The translations under genes were made by a program, and so were the position numbers. Of a DNA stretch of 64,000 nt, positions 11,632 to 24,800 are shown one piece after another (the first letter of the stretch is position 1; the number at the start of each line of letters is the position of its first letter). The stretch lies in assembly GCA_002633005.1 (NCBI GenBank), contig NMRA01000006.1:1979675-2043674 (forward strand), written 5' to 3'. The notes below the pieces were generated by a model that saw nothing but the letters and a program-made list of their open reading frames with translations, did no database searches and was not told where the DNA came from. This DNA comes from Phoronis australis (taxonomy: Eukaryota > Animalia > Phoronida).

Positions 11632-14600
11632 CAGTTGATCTCACTTCAGTCGCCGCAGGGCCTCATTAGCAAGCGGGAGTCGGGGGGGGGGCATGCCTCC
11701 TCAAAAAAATTCAGGCGTCAGGGTTAAACCATGGCAACCGACATAGACGTGGAGCCGGGGACAGCCAAGTAAAGAAAGGATGTGCATTACGGCGTTTTCC
11801 CGTTGCTCCCAACTTATTCGATTCTATGCCCAACAACAAGTTGGGAAGAACATCCCTGTAGCCAATATCTTACACGACTGATTAACTCCATTCTGACATT
11901 TATTGTTGGAGGGTCAGCTCCCTTTTATTCGACTATTCATGCTCTAATCTCCAGTAAGATCATATCTAGCCTGACTGGGCTGTGCTGCTAAAAATAAAAG
12001 TTAATTTATAACATATTTGAACAGGAATAAGAGAGAAAATTCAAGAGAACATTTAACAACTGTGTATCACTAGCGCATGGTTTACCTTCGCAGGACCCTG
12101 ACCAGGACATTGTCGTTGCAGCACAGGTCGTCTAAACGCACTTGAAAACTTGCACGTACTAATTCATGCATATATTTCGAAAAATCTAGACAATTTTGTA
12201 AAGCGAAGCTTTCACGGAGCGTACAAATTTACTGGATTTTTAAATTCAAAAAGCGAAGGCAGAACTTTTCCAGAGGCCCTTCTATGGCAAGGGATAACGG
12301 AGACAAAGTTCGTTTTGTTTTTTTTCTCGAAACTGTATATCACTTGAGAAAAAATGAGGACCTTCGAATTTCTTGATTTTTTAATATTTTCATATTTAGG
12401 GCCCCGCCCTTAAGGACATTGATGACATTCAAGTGGCCATATTTTTATTGGCAAATTTTTAAGGGGCCCAATGTTGAAATCGATTACCTTTATTTTCCTG
12501 GTTTTTGTGAAATCGTGCAACCGACTTTCATGTTGAAGGAGGTCACTTGCTGCGCCTCGTTTTGGGACCACGCGACGATGGAATGAACTGTCTTAATTCC
12601 AAGCTTAGTGATGCTTAGCCTTTCATCTTAGGTGTCCCATTTCAGACGGGACCCATTCTCGGAGCATACATATAAATCCGACACTGCCAAGTATTCACGA
12701 GGGAAGTTCATATTCCAAATTCATCAAAAAAACACAAAACATTCGTGCACAGCACCGCAGTATTAAGACATTCGACCCAAACAACCAAGAATGTGAAAAA
12801 ATACAATAGTATTGACTGCCATCGAAAGATTGGAATTTTGAAGTTACATGAAGACCACTATTCGTGAATTACACAAAAGGGGTATTTCCGATGGTTAGTT
12901 ATAAAATAATTTACTGTTTCCCACAGTATCACACGAATAGTATCTCTTTTGAAAAGAGTTACTATGAGTTGTTTGTAAGGAATTCAATTCCCACATGTGG
13001 AAAACACTGCTGTGTAGGCTAGCATGTGTGATGACCGTGTACATGTCGAAAGGGGCTACTCAATAAACTCTCGCAATCATAAACAAACATGTCAGCGTTT
13101 TTTTGTCAGTGGAGTTCAAGTTTACCTCGTGAACCGTTTTAGGTACTTCTGAAATGAGCAAAAATACACTTTAATACCAATGCCCCCATCTCCCATGTTC
13201 CCCCGGTTACCCGTGTTAAAAATCTGCGAGCATGCCTGCGGAAATTGCTTAAAACATTCCATTTTGATAAACAAATTCGTTGGTTTCTGATTTACTTGTT
13301 TATGTATCTATGAAAATTGAGATTAATGGATGATCTTTGACAATTAGAAGCTAATGTTGTAAAAATTGATGATGTTTCAGTGAACTTAGTTGCATTCTGA
13401 AGTTAGTGGGACGAAAACTTTATAATCCGATCCCCAAATAGTAATCTTATAAATAACTCTCAAAGATATTGATGATATTCGGAATCCCGAACAGTAGATC
13501 GACAAAAAGTTTTCAAAGTCCTTAAACATTAAAATTAAACTCATTGCTTGGAAAGGTTGTCTTAGCACTTCATCATCTATTAAGCTGTCGGTTTTCGTTG
13601 ATACATAAACGTAAATTAAATCAGAAACCAACGAATTTGTGTATCAAAACGGAATGTTATAAGCAAATTTCCGCAAGGCAATAGCATGATCGCAGATTTT
13701 TGAACATGGGAAATAGGGCATTCATATTAAGGTGTATTTTTGTTCATTTCCGAGGTACCTATAACGGTTCACGAGTTTAACTTGAACTCCAAAAAGAAAA
13801 CCGCTGAAATATTTGTTTATTGTTGCGAGTATTTAGAGTACCCCCGTTCGACATGTATACGGTCATCACAAATCGTAGCTCTCAGTCTTTTCGACATTTG
13901 TGAATTCATTACAAACTGTTCCTAGTAACGACCTTCAAAAGAAATACTATTCTTGTGATACTATTGGACAAATATAACATTATTTATAACTCACCATCGG
14001 AAGTAGCCTTTTTGTGTAATTCACAAATAGTGATCTTCACTTTCTTCAAAATTCCAAATTTTTTATGGTGGTCTACCCTATCGTATTTTTCACATTTTTA
14101 TTTGTTTGGGTCGAATGTTTTGAGATTGCTGTGCTGTGCACGTTTTTTTGGGGTTTTTGATGAATTTGCAATCTCAACTTCTCTCGTGAATACTGGGCAA
14201 TGTCGGATTTATAGGTATAGAGGGATACCCGAACCGCCCTCCGGAGAAGGAGTCCTGTCTGAAATGGGACACCAAAGGCTACATATCATTAAGCTTGGTG
14301 ACAGTTCATTCCATTGTCGGGTGACCTTACTAGAAGTGGCTTTCCTTAGCATGAAAGCCTGTTGTACGATTTCACAAAAAAACGAGAAAATAGAGATGAT
14401 AGATTCCAACATTGGACCCTCTCTTCGTGAGCGGCCCCTTAAGAATTTGCCGATCAAAACACGAGAAGTGTGACTACTTTTAAGTAGTCACACATTGATG
14501 ACAGTTAAAACTGTCATCAATGGCCCTCTTCAAGAGCTGGACCCCTAAATATGGAAAGATCAATATTTTCAAAAGTTAGGAAATGCGCAGCAGATGTTAT

Positions 14601-15163
14601 CTGCCAGGCCATCAATTTTCTTAAGTGATGCACAATTTAAAGAAAGAAAAACACGAAAAACAAAGCGACAGTTGTCTTTGTTATCCTTTGCTAGAGAAGG
14701 GCCTCTGGAAAATATAATTTTGCATTTGTAAAACTGTCTTATTGGATTTAAAAATCCAAGGAATTAATATGTTCCGCAAAAGCTTCTCTTTAAGAATTTT
14801 TTCGATTTTTCGAAATACATGTATGAACGATAAAGTGCACGTTTTCAAGTGCGCTTAGACATGTATGCAGCAAAAACGGGGACCCTAACAACATCCTGGT
14901 CAGGGCCCTCAGAGGGTAAACCATGCACTGATACTGGGTTGTCAAATGTTCTCTTGAATTTTCTCTCTTGTTCGTATTCGTAGCCTTTCTTTTCTCGACT
15001 GTCCCCGGAACAGCCTATGTCGGTTGCCATGGTTTAACCCCGGCGCCTGCTATTTTTTTTGGGGTGGGCTACGCCGGGACTCCCCCGGCCGCCACCCCCT
15101 CCCCCCGCTTTCCCGGCTATGGACCTGGGTGTTAGTTCACGGTTACTCGACTCTTGATAGCTG
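11632..15163. mobile_element. ~3.5 kb foldback-type non-autonomous DNA element with ~1.5 kb inverted arms
   Basis: Arms align along their length, e.g. GGTTAAACCATGGCAACCGACATAG (11722) vs CTATGTCGGTTGCCATGGTTTAACC (~15016) and ACAAATTCGTTGGTTTCTGATTTA (13271) vs TAAATCAGAAACCAACGAATTTGT (13617). Loop ~13345-13570. Putative TA|CAG...CTG|TA ends. Confidence 0.75.
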
Positions 15164-15256
15164 TATCCCCGGAATTGCCCCCCCCCCCACCTAGCTAGGG
15201 CGCCGGGCGGAGGCCCAGGAGATTCGGAACAAATATGGCAAAGTCGGGAGCTCAAG

Positions 15257-15465
15257 GTGCGGGGCGTGGGGGCAGAGGTGATGGCGATGGGGGGACGTGT
15301 AGTTTGGCGAAGTCTCGATCAATGGGTTTGTGCCCCCCACCCGTACGCCAATAATAACATTTTTGGCTTCCTAGGGGCCTGCTAGTGTGTTCCCACTTTG
15401 TCATTCAAGGCTGGCCAATGAAGACCTTCGGCTTCCTATCCGATGTACGCCGAGCTTTGCGTCTG
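15257..15465. repeat. ~210 bp direct repeat, copy 1 (copy 2 at 17238-17446)
   Basis: GGCGTGGGGGC...GAAGTCTCGATCAATGGGTTTGTGCCCCC...CTTCCTATCCGATGTACGCCGA occurs on both sides of the gap. Confidence 0.85.
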
Positions 15466-15691
15466 TGGAGATTGTGGTTGTCACCTAGCTAACTTAAAGG
15501 AGCATGCCACCCAAAAAACAACCTAATTTGTATCAATTTAGATCGAGTAGTTCTACTCCATAACGACACGTACGGTTGCGTTACCTGACACCTGACGGCA
15601 GACGGAGGTGTTGAAATTATCCAATGACGTCATCGGTTTCACACGCAGTCTGTTCAGCAGTTCACAACACGGGTTACTGGTGTCAGCTTAT

Positions 15692-16640
15692 NNNNNNNNN
15701 NNNNNNNNNNNNNNNNNNNNNNNNNNNNNNNNNNNNNNNNNNNNNNNNNNNNNNNNNNNNNNNNNNNNNNNNNNNNNNNNNNNNNNNNNNNNNNNNNNNN
15801 NNNNNNNNNNNNNNNNNNNNNNNNNNNNNNNNNNNNNNNNNNNNNNNNNNNNNNNNNNNNNNNNNNNNNNNNNNNNNNNNNNNNNNNNNNNNNNNNNNNN
15901 NNNNNNNNNNNNNNNNNNNNNNNNNNNNNNNNNNNNNNNNNNNNNNNNNNNNNNNNNNNNNNNNNNNNNNNNNNNNNNNNNNNNNNNNNNNNNNNNNNNN
16001 NNNNNNNNNNNNNNNNNNNNNNNNNNNNNNNNNNNNNNNNNNNNNNNNNNNNNNNNNNNNNNNNNNNNNNNNNNNNNNNNNNNNNNNNNNNNNNNNNNNN
16101 NNNNNNNNNNNNNNNNNNNNNNNNNNNNNNNNNNNNNNNNNNNNNNNNNNNNNNNNNNNNNNNNNNNNNNNNNNNNNNNNNNNNNNNNNNNNNNNNNNNN
16201 NNNNNNNNNNNNNNNNNNNNNNNNNNNNNNNNNNNNNNNNNNNNNNNNNNNNNNNNNNNNNNNNNNNNNNNNNNNNNNNNNNNNNNNNNNNNNNNNNNNN
16301 NNNNNNNNNNNNNNNNNNNNNNNNNNNNNNNNNNNNNNNNNNNNNNNNNNNNNNNNNNNNNNNNNNNNNNNNNNNNNNNNNNNNNNNNNNNNNNNNNNNN
16401 NNNNNNNNNNNNNNNNNNNNNNNNNNNNNNNNNNNNNNNNNNNNNNNNNNNNNNNNNNNNNNNNNNNNNNNNNNNNNNNNNNNNNNNNNNNNNNNNNNNN
16501 NNNNNNNNNNNNNNNNNNNNNNNNNNNNNNNNNNNNNNNNNNNNNNNNNNNNNNNNNNNNNNNNNNNNNNNNNNNNNNNNNNNNNNNNNNNNNNNNNNNN
16601 NNNNNNNNNNNNNNNNNNNNNNNNNNNNNNNNNNNNNNNN
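15692..16640. other. Assembly gap (N run)
   Basis: Run of N. Confidence 1.
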
Positions 16641-16901
16641 TTTTTTTCAAAAGTATTACATGTACATGTACACCGTATGATATTGCGCAAGACAACTTTA
16701 CTGTACACCACTCAAATTCGAGTTTCAAACGTGTGGGGTGTAATACGATGACACGGCATGACAGATGAGGTAAAAACGTTGCACGTCAATTCGCCTGAAT
16801 ATCAGGGTTGGGGCACCACAGTATTTCCCTAATCAAATCAAAACATATCTTAGAGTAAAGAAGCTAGTTATCTAAAGAAATCAGCTATAGAGCTGCTCTT
16901 T

Positions 16902-17237
16902 CAGCGGTGGATCCATCTAAAATGCTTGGCTACTTCAGAAGTGTCGTCGGAAGCGCGCGCACAATTGATCTCCGGGGTTTTGTCGATGAGCCACGAAGAC
17001 TCGAAACGCGTTGATTTTCATAACAGCAATTCACAATGCAAAAAATATATTTTCAGAGTGAACCCCCCCCTCATTTTTTTCCAGGTTGGTTTACTTGGGG
17101 TTTACACACGCTGGCAGTGCCGGCGTTTTTGTTTTGCTGGAGACGTTTTTGTTTTGTTTTTTGTTTTTCTAATTTTTGGGTCCTGGCCCGAGGGGGGGGT
17201 TTAAACCCCCTGAACCCCCCCCGTAGATCCGCCACTG
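16902..17237. mobile_element. hAT-like MITE
   Basis: CAGCGGTGGATC...GATCCGCCACTG termini with sub-terminal AACCCCC runs; no TSD seen. Confidence 0.6.
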
Positions 17238-17446
17238 CGGGCGTGGGGGCGGAGGTGATGGCGATGGGGCCGAACGTAGTTTGGCGAAGTCTCGATCAAT
17301 GGGTTTGTGCCCCCACCCCTACGCCAATAATAACATTTTTGGCTTCCTACGGGCCTGCTAGTGTACATGTTCCCACTTTGTCATTCAAGGCTGGCCAATA
17401 AAGACCTTCGGCTTCCTATCCGATGTACGCCGACCTTTGCGTCTGG
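17238..17446. repeat. ~210 bp direct repeat, copy 2
   Basis: Near-identical to 15257-15465 with scattered substitutions and small indels. Confidence 0.85.
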
Positions 17447-17930
17447 ACATGATTTTAGTGGTATGCACCATTTCGCTTCGTTTTGCCGTACTGGCGCGTG
17501 ATTAACTTGGAATCTGAACTTAGATATCTCCGTGGACTATGTTGTGGGCGGGTTGGAATACACGAGGAAACTTGACAAGTTTGGCACTCAAATAATCTGG
17601 GCATTCACCAACATAAAAATTTACAATGCACTAAATCAAATTACATGCTGGTAAAATAATGTAATTTTAGCCAACCCGCGTTTATCAACTATTATGGCGA
17701 TCTTCAAACAGTGAATTTATCATGTAAGTTCTCCGATTCGATCTGTGACTCAAATCACGGTAAAGGAGAAAAAGGGTGATCGAGAGGCCCTTACGGCAAA
17801 AAATCTTTCAGAAAACTGAACACAGAATTCATCCGATTACTTTAATTGAATATTCAATTCCAAGTTCACGCATACGTCATCTTGTGCATTACAAGCAGGA
17901 ACAGTGAATTTTAGTACGTTCGCATAGCAC

Positions 17931-17995
17931 CCTCACTGGTTCCCTGCGTGCCGCTTGGTAGCCAGCACCAAACGGCACGCAGGGAACCACCGAGG
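17931..17995. repeat. GC-rich hairpin (22-bp stem, one mismatch, 7-nt loop)
   Basis: GGTTCCCTGCGTGCCGCTTGGT-agccagc-ACCAAACGGCACGCAGGGAACC. Confidence 0.85.
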
Positions 17996-18235
17996 CATAT
18001 AAGCCCCTTACCCCTAATTAGTCGACAATCATTTTGACCAACCCGGCCACCAACTCGTGGAATAAAAACGACTTTTCTGTATTGGTTTCAATAAAATTGT
18101 TCATTAAAATACAAATTTTATGTATTAATACCATTATTTTTTGTTTTTGAAATTAAATGGGTTACCAAATTACGTTTATTTTCTGCCAGAGAAATAACAC
18201 CACATTTTAGTTTTATAAGTACCCCCTTCATTTAC

Positions 18236-18329
18236 TTGACAACCCATAGCAACTGAAGTAGACAGTCCGCCATCTTGGAAGGGCAAGTGCCCGTTGAAAA
18301 GTTATAGGTTGAATTAATAAGTCTTGAAG
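18236..18329 (+). promoter_or_regulatory. Candidate dynein core promoter / non-coding first exon
   Basis: RFX X-box half-site CCATAGCAAC (18244-18253), YY1-type CCGCCATCTT (18267-18276) and a donor-like GAAG|GTGAAT at ~18329-18330. RFX control of ciliary genes is established; function here is inferred. Confidence 0.45.
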
Positions 18330-18842
18330 GTGAATATGACTTTTACTATTTGCTACACGATCCTCGCCAGCTTGGAAAATGGTTTTTGAACATAACCACT
18401 ACAAGTTTGATTGAGTAATTCCTTTGTCAACTTATGCAAGTTATCATGTTTATTTGGCGCTGAAATTTCTGCGCTGCCACTGCACTACAGTTTGCACGAT
18501 GGTAGGTTGCAGCAAGCCCAAGCAAATACCACAATAAGTCTGTACTTCTGCAGCAGTACGTGGTTAAATCATCCAAACCAAAGATTTTCAATAAGTCTAT
18601 GCTCGGACTGGGATTGTGATTTGGTCCCCAGTTAAAGGCTTAATGTATGGAGAGTTATGTGGATTTGACATTTGATGGATTTTCACACTTAACGTCTTAA
18701 CAATTACTTCACAGCTGGACTTCAAATTTGCTCTCTCTGCTTTCTTTCAAACACTCAACCATTCAGTTTTACGCTTCAAAGTCAAACCTTTAATTGTGCT
18801 TAACATAATGTTTTTATTATTGAATTTAACTTTGTATTTCAG

Positions 18843-18869
18843 AATCCACTAGTCTAAAAGACTTCCATC
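18843..18869 (+). other. 5' UTR part of first coding exon of dynein, preceded by a splice acceptor (implies an upstream non-coding exon)
   Basis: T-rich tract and TTTCAG end at 18842, 27 nt before the ATG at 18870. Confidence 0.6.
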
Positions 18870-21800
18870 ATGGCGGCCGAACTCGAGCTTAACGACGCTC
18901 GAGTCGAGTTCATCGCTGACTATGTGATAAAAACAATGAGATTAAAGCCAGACAAATGGCTAAAAATGTACAACATAGAGGAAAACAAGCAGATAATTTT
19001 TGATTGGTTCGAAAAGGCGGATAACATGAATTTGATTCTGATTGTCAACTCAGCTGGCTCAATCACCGTCCAGTATGAATGGCCGGCACAGATGAAAGGA
19101 AAAGCTTGCTATTTCCTGCGTAAAAACAAAGATCCAATTCACAAGGATACTAATTTGAGAACGGCAACTTTCTTTGGAGATGTTTCGTCAACCCCAATTG
19201 ACCAGCTGCAAGCCTTTGTAGATGAGGTGAGCACTCATAGTTTACACATAACATAGATTTGTCATGAGGACTTGACAGGCACCTCAGGTGTCTCACACTC
19301 CACTGATTTATCCACATTATTTTGAAAACGCTTTGCCCAGTCACACATTGTGTGTCATAAAAGAGATAAGCATACCCGCAGCTGACGCAGCAAGTAGAAC
19401 TACTCTCGTTTATCACATTGGTGTAGACTCACAGTTGAACTGTGGTTTTCTGTTGACCCCAGACCGTCCGGAGTTGCTCCATATACCAACTCCAGATGGT
19501 CTCTCACGACGATTTAGCTTTATGTGTCGTATATCTTTATTAGCTAATTGTAAGCACTCATGATTAGTTTACATGTCGTATATCTTTATTGGAGACTTAA
19601 ACTTTAGCTAATTGTAAGGATCATGGTGTCCTACAGTTCATAACAGAAAATTTTGAAGGTAGTAATTGTTATTTTGTGCATCACACTATATAACTCAATT
19701 TACCATTTTCATCGTGGGGTAGCATTCAACTACTGTTTTTGATACTGGAATCATTTCATTTGAAATATAGAATCCTCTTCATATGTTTGCCTTTAATGTA
19801 ATAGCTCGAAAGTGTTAAAAATATTCACTGTCCTTTGCAGGTGTTGGTGCCGATGCTGTGTAACGAGCGAAACCATGACCAATGGCCACACGTGGTCAGT
19901 TCAGATGTCAAGCGTCATGTACACACGCTCAAGAATAACGTCTACGTGGTTGCCGGACAGGTCAAGGGTAAGACCCTACTTCCCCTGCCCGTGGGTACAG
20001 AGAAAGTACAGGCTGCTGAGATGGAAGAGGAAGAAAAGTAAGTTAAGGGCTTCAGATTTTTATTTTAAAATGCATTTTACATTATTTATGCTATGATTAT
20101 GGTTAATGATGATCTTCATATGCTCTGGTCGGAGTACTTGTTTCTTTGAGCAGTGTTACATGAAGAGTTAAAAAATGACATTTTGTACATCTAGCATTTA
20201 CAAACTTGTTCAACTTCAAGCTGGTATTAATTTTATTTTCTTCTTATGTCTGTGAGTGTCTGTTTGACAAATAGTGAATTTTACTTTATGTTTTTGAATG
20301 CCATTGTAATGATGATGGTATTCTTTTCACTGCCATTCTCCTTGCAGATCCGACACTGTCGACCGAGCTCTCATTCATTCCATTGAGTCTGTCATTATCG
20401 ACTGGACTCACCAGATCCGTGATGTGCTGAAGAAGGACTCTGCTCAGGCATTGCTGGAGGGACTCAACCCTCCACCCAAGGTGGAGCTGGAGTTCTGGAA
20501 GAACAAGGCACAGAATCTTGAGTGCATCTTCGAGCAACTTCGTGACCCCAAAGTTCGCAAGATGGCCGAACTGCTGGAGAAGACCAACAGCAGCTACTTT
20601 CCTTCCTTCAAGAACATCTTCCGTGATGTCGTGGCTGGTAGGTGTTGTACTGTAACACTGTCTTTGCATTGAAAGAACAAGTTAATAGTTAGAAATTTAT
20701 ATTTAAATTAAAGCAGACATTTTTGTGCTTGTTGTCTAATCCTTAGCAGTCTTCTTTTTTTTTAGTTCAGCCTAATTGCACTCCATTTTAACATGGTTTC
20801 ACAAATGGAATGTAACATTTTAGGACAAGGTCTTATGAAAAGGCCAAAACTCTCTGGGAACTCTGTCGCCAGGGTTTATAACGGCTGTCAATTGTTTTTG
20901 TCTAGTCCGGTGAAGCTTCTTTATTTATGCTGCCCATGCTTGCCGGGGTTTTCCTGTACTCGCCGTTCATCACTTATCAATTTTTTACTGCAGCACTTGA
21001 GGAAGCGAAGGACATCAACCTCTATCTCAGTCCACTGAGAAACCACTTCGATGACCTGGAGCAAGCCGAGTTCGACGAGAGCGAGAAGCTGATTGCCCCT
21101 CTTTACACAGTTATTTGTTTGATCTGGGCCAACTCAAAGTATTACAACACCCCTGGTAGGGTCATAGTGTTGTTGCAGGAGGTGTGCAACCTCTACATTG
21201 AACTGGTGAGTGGGTAAAGAAAACTTGGTTATGAAAGCACGGGGTCACAGTCGTGTGCATTTGCTTTGGTGACAGTGATTGTGACAGTGACGATTTGTTG
21301 CTTTTTGAGGCTCCATCATTATTACTCTATGCATTGTTTCTATGTATTGTACTTGAAATTGCGTGTCAGTTCTCTGGTGGTTTCAGAAACGATAAAGTTA
21401 GAGTTGGCTTCATCAGTACCACTGTCTGAGGTAGATTAGGAATTATGTGTAAGGTTCATAATGTAAACTGCTCGACAAAATTCAATCGTGTTTTGCACAG
21501 ACATGCTGCAAGTTGAAAGAGAAATGTGTATGTTCATTTGATGAATACTTAAACAAGCAACTTGTTGTCTCCCCTGGTAGTGTGAGACGTTTCTGGAGCC
21601 CAGTGACCTGTTTAAGGGAGAACCAGAGGAGACCATCGAGAAGGTGAACAAGGCTTTACAAATCCTGCAGGCATTCCGTGATGCCTTCAACGAGTACCGC
21701 GATAAGGTGAAAACCTTCTTCAAGGACGGCCAGGAGCCCATCCTGTGGGAATTTGAGGACACCCTTGTCTTCCATCGGTTTGATAAATACCTGGAGAAAG

Positions 21801-24800
21801 TCAAGACAGTCCAGGTGGGTTTCTGTGAAATGCTTTGTTATTTTATATCCCGTGATATCAACAGCAGAGAATTTACAAAACAAATGCAAAAAGCCAATTG
21901 TTGTTGATGACATTGCTTTTCCATAATTAAAACATCACAAATCTTGCACATTTTTTAATCCAAAACATTCTTCTACATGAAAAACAATAGGATATCTATG
22001 AAGTTACTACAGGTTTGGTACCTATCAAATTTCACACAGTGTAGCTGTGGTAAATGCTATGTATTTTTGAAATAATAGCATTGAATGTGACATAACATTC
22101 AGAAATTTAAATTTTGGAACCACTAGATACACTGAGCACCATTTTTCCAGTGGGAAATGTGTATTGCAATGTAGAGAAATATAATTGATGCTTTTGTAGA
22201 GGTGCTTTGCCTCGTTTTTTTTAATGTGATTAAAAATATTTCTGCTCAGGTAGTATATGTTTCAAAAATGAAACCATGATCTGTAAAGCATGTTAGTTTA
22301 TAGTAAGTCTTAGAACAATAACTGTTGGAAGGTTTTGTGAACTTTCAAAATGTTCTTGTGTTCACACTGTCAACTTGACTATTTGTCTGTGTTCTTTTGA
22401 CAGGAACTGTTCATGACAACTATGGAGTTTCTGAAGCTGGAGAAGATTGACTTCTCGGGTATGAAAGGCAACATGCTGAGCACGCAGGTGTTGGGCATGT
22501 TTAACGAGTTCGAGGAACTGTGGAAGATGTTTTCTGAACGCAGTTACAATCCGCTGGATATCACTCATGATGTGAGTAGTATAGCTCTGAATCAACACTG
22601 GTCTATGAATTGAGTTAATGCACTAATGCAAATTGTTGTTGCCAATAGCGTTCTTTGTAAAATCTATTGAAGGATTCCTGTGCCATTTTAAGGGATTATG
22701 TGAATTGTTTGATTGAACAAATGTCTAGACTGTACAATTTACTGTACTGTACGAATTAGTGGAAGAATAACTGTATGTTTATCAATTAGTTATGAACTGG
22801 TTGAGGTACATAACATACCATTTACTCTCAGTGAAAACAAGTTGTTTGTCTTTTGATGGTTGTAGTTAATTTCTAACCAATTTGACATGTTGGGGAAAAA
22901 GAAGTGCAACCTGCTCCTGAACAAGTGTTACAAAGTTCTCAACAGATTTTTTGTTCTTATTTGCAATCCCTTATTTGCCGAATGTTCCGTAGTTTACTCC
23001 AGTGGTTATCCGAGCTGCCATCTGTTGAATATCCGTGTTCCTTTTCCTCACAGGAGTTTGACAAGGACTACGAACACTTCCTTGCGACCATTGCCGACTT
23101 AGATCGACGCCTTGGTTCCATCATCTGTCAAGGCTTTGCGGATTGCTCTGGACTGGAAGCAGCATTCAAGGTAGGTGCTGTCATTTTCTAGTTGCACTAT
23201 TTACTCATTAAACCATATAACCATAAAATAAAAAGCGAGTTTTTCATGCTTATTAAAATGAGCCCAGTTCTTGTCATTGGATTGGATGCTGTGAAACAGC
23301 AGTTCACGCTCAGCATTATAGATGGGGCTAAGTGGTTTGCCCCTATGATTTTGAATTTTTAACCTTTCTAATCTATAAAAGAAAAATTGAACACATTTCT
23401 GAAAATATAGAACTGTTGGCACTAATTTATGATTATTACATTTTGTCATCAGGTCTAATGTGTGTGTGTGCGTCCTTGCACGCGCGCGCTTGTGTTATCA
23501 GTTCTAATTCTTATTTGTTTCATTGCAGCTGATTGACATTTTTGGCTCTTTGCTTGAACGTCCGGTTATCGCAGCCATCTTTGATGACAAATACCCCATC
23601 ATTGTGACCATGATGGGGGAGGAGCTAGACATTTCCAAAGAGATCTACGACAAGCAGATGTCAATCAGAAACGAGCGAGGACAAATCATGATCCAAAAGA
23701 ACATGCCGCGGGTCTCTGGAAGCCTAAAGTGGGCAGCTGAGTTGAGGGGTCGCATTGCCGCCCCTATGAGCAGATTCAAGCAGATTGAGCACCCGTAAGT
23801 TATCTTATCTATTCAATTAGTGTTAGCATGAATGGCAATGTTAGTTATTGAAATCTTACATGACACAGTTGTTTCAAAGCACCAAGACCACAACGTTGAA
23901 ATTACAATGTATTATACTTAGATTTTTGTTATTGACTAAGTGTAGGTAATATTTAAGTTCAAGTACAGCAAATTTTCATTTTTTAAGTGCTCATAATTGG
24001 CCATCAGTTTTAATATTGGCTTGTTTAGATTAAGTGTATAGCCATCATATTCCTGTCTTGTGAAAATATGTATTGCTCGGTGATTTGAGTCAGTACACAT
24101 TTTGGCAGTCTTTATATTTTTTTTTTGTCTTATCTATCGTCTCTGTTTACTTCAGTTGCATGAACAGTCTAGAGGCACGCAAAGTCTTTGAGAAATATGA
24201 TGAAATGTTGGCCTTGCTGGCACAGTTTGAGAAAATGTGCTATGATGAATGGACGGCCGGAGTGGACGAGGCTTGTCAGTTCAACCTGAATCAACCACTT
24301 ATCCTCAGAAATGAGGAGACCAAACTCATCGCTGTCAACTTTGATCCTCAGGTACATTTTATTTTTTGTCTGTATTGAGCTTAACTTGAAATTGATGCTG
24401 TCACTGTTATTTCGTCCAAGAGCATAATAATTAGTTTTTAATGGTGCTTCAAATTATTGGTTGTTGACTATAAATGTCAACGTTAAATACTTAGTAATAC
24501 ACAGTTTTAAGTGAAGTATTTTATTGTTATTATGGTCATTTATTTGTCATTATTATTGTTATTTTGATGCTGCATGTTTGTCGGCTAATGTTTCCTGGTA
24601 ACCCTAGGGTTGAATAGCATTAAAACCATGTGAAACACACATCCGTAATGGATCAGGCATGTTAGACTTACATCTGTTAATTGTTGACATGCAATTACTA
24701 TGTTTAACTGAACAAGCCTCTACAATGTACAGGACAAATGTTTAGCAGTCATTCCTGCTATCAGAATTTGATTCTTGGTTTTATTAAGAATTTCTGTCTG

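Noticed and set aside
13955-14473. 172-aa ORF inside the foldback element as a transposase
   Set aside because: No DDE/DDD or HTH-like motifs; it lies in an arm whose mirror copy shows no matching long ORF in the track.
15608-16768. Four long ORFs of 342-386 aa
   Set aside because: They only span the N gap; artefacts.
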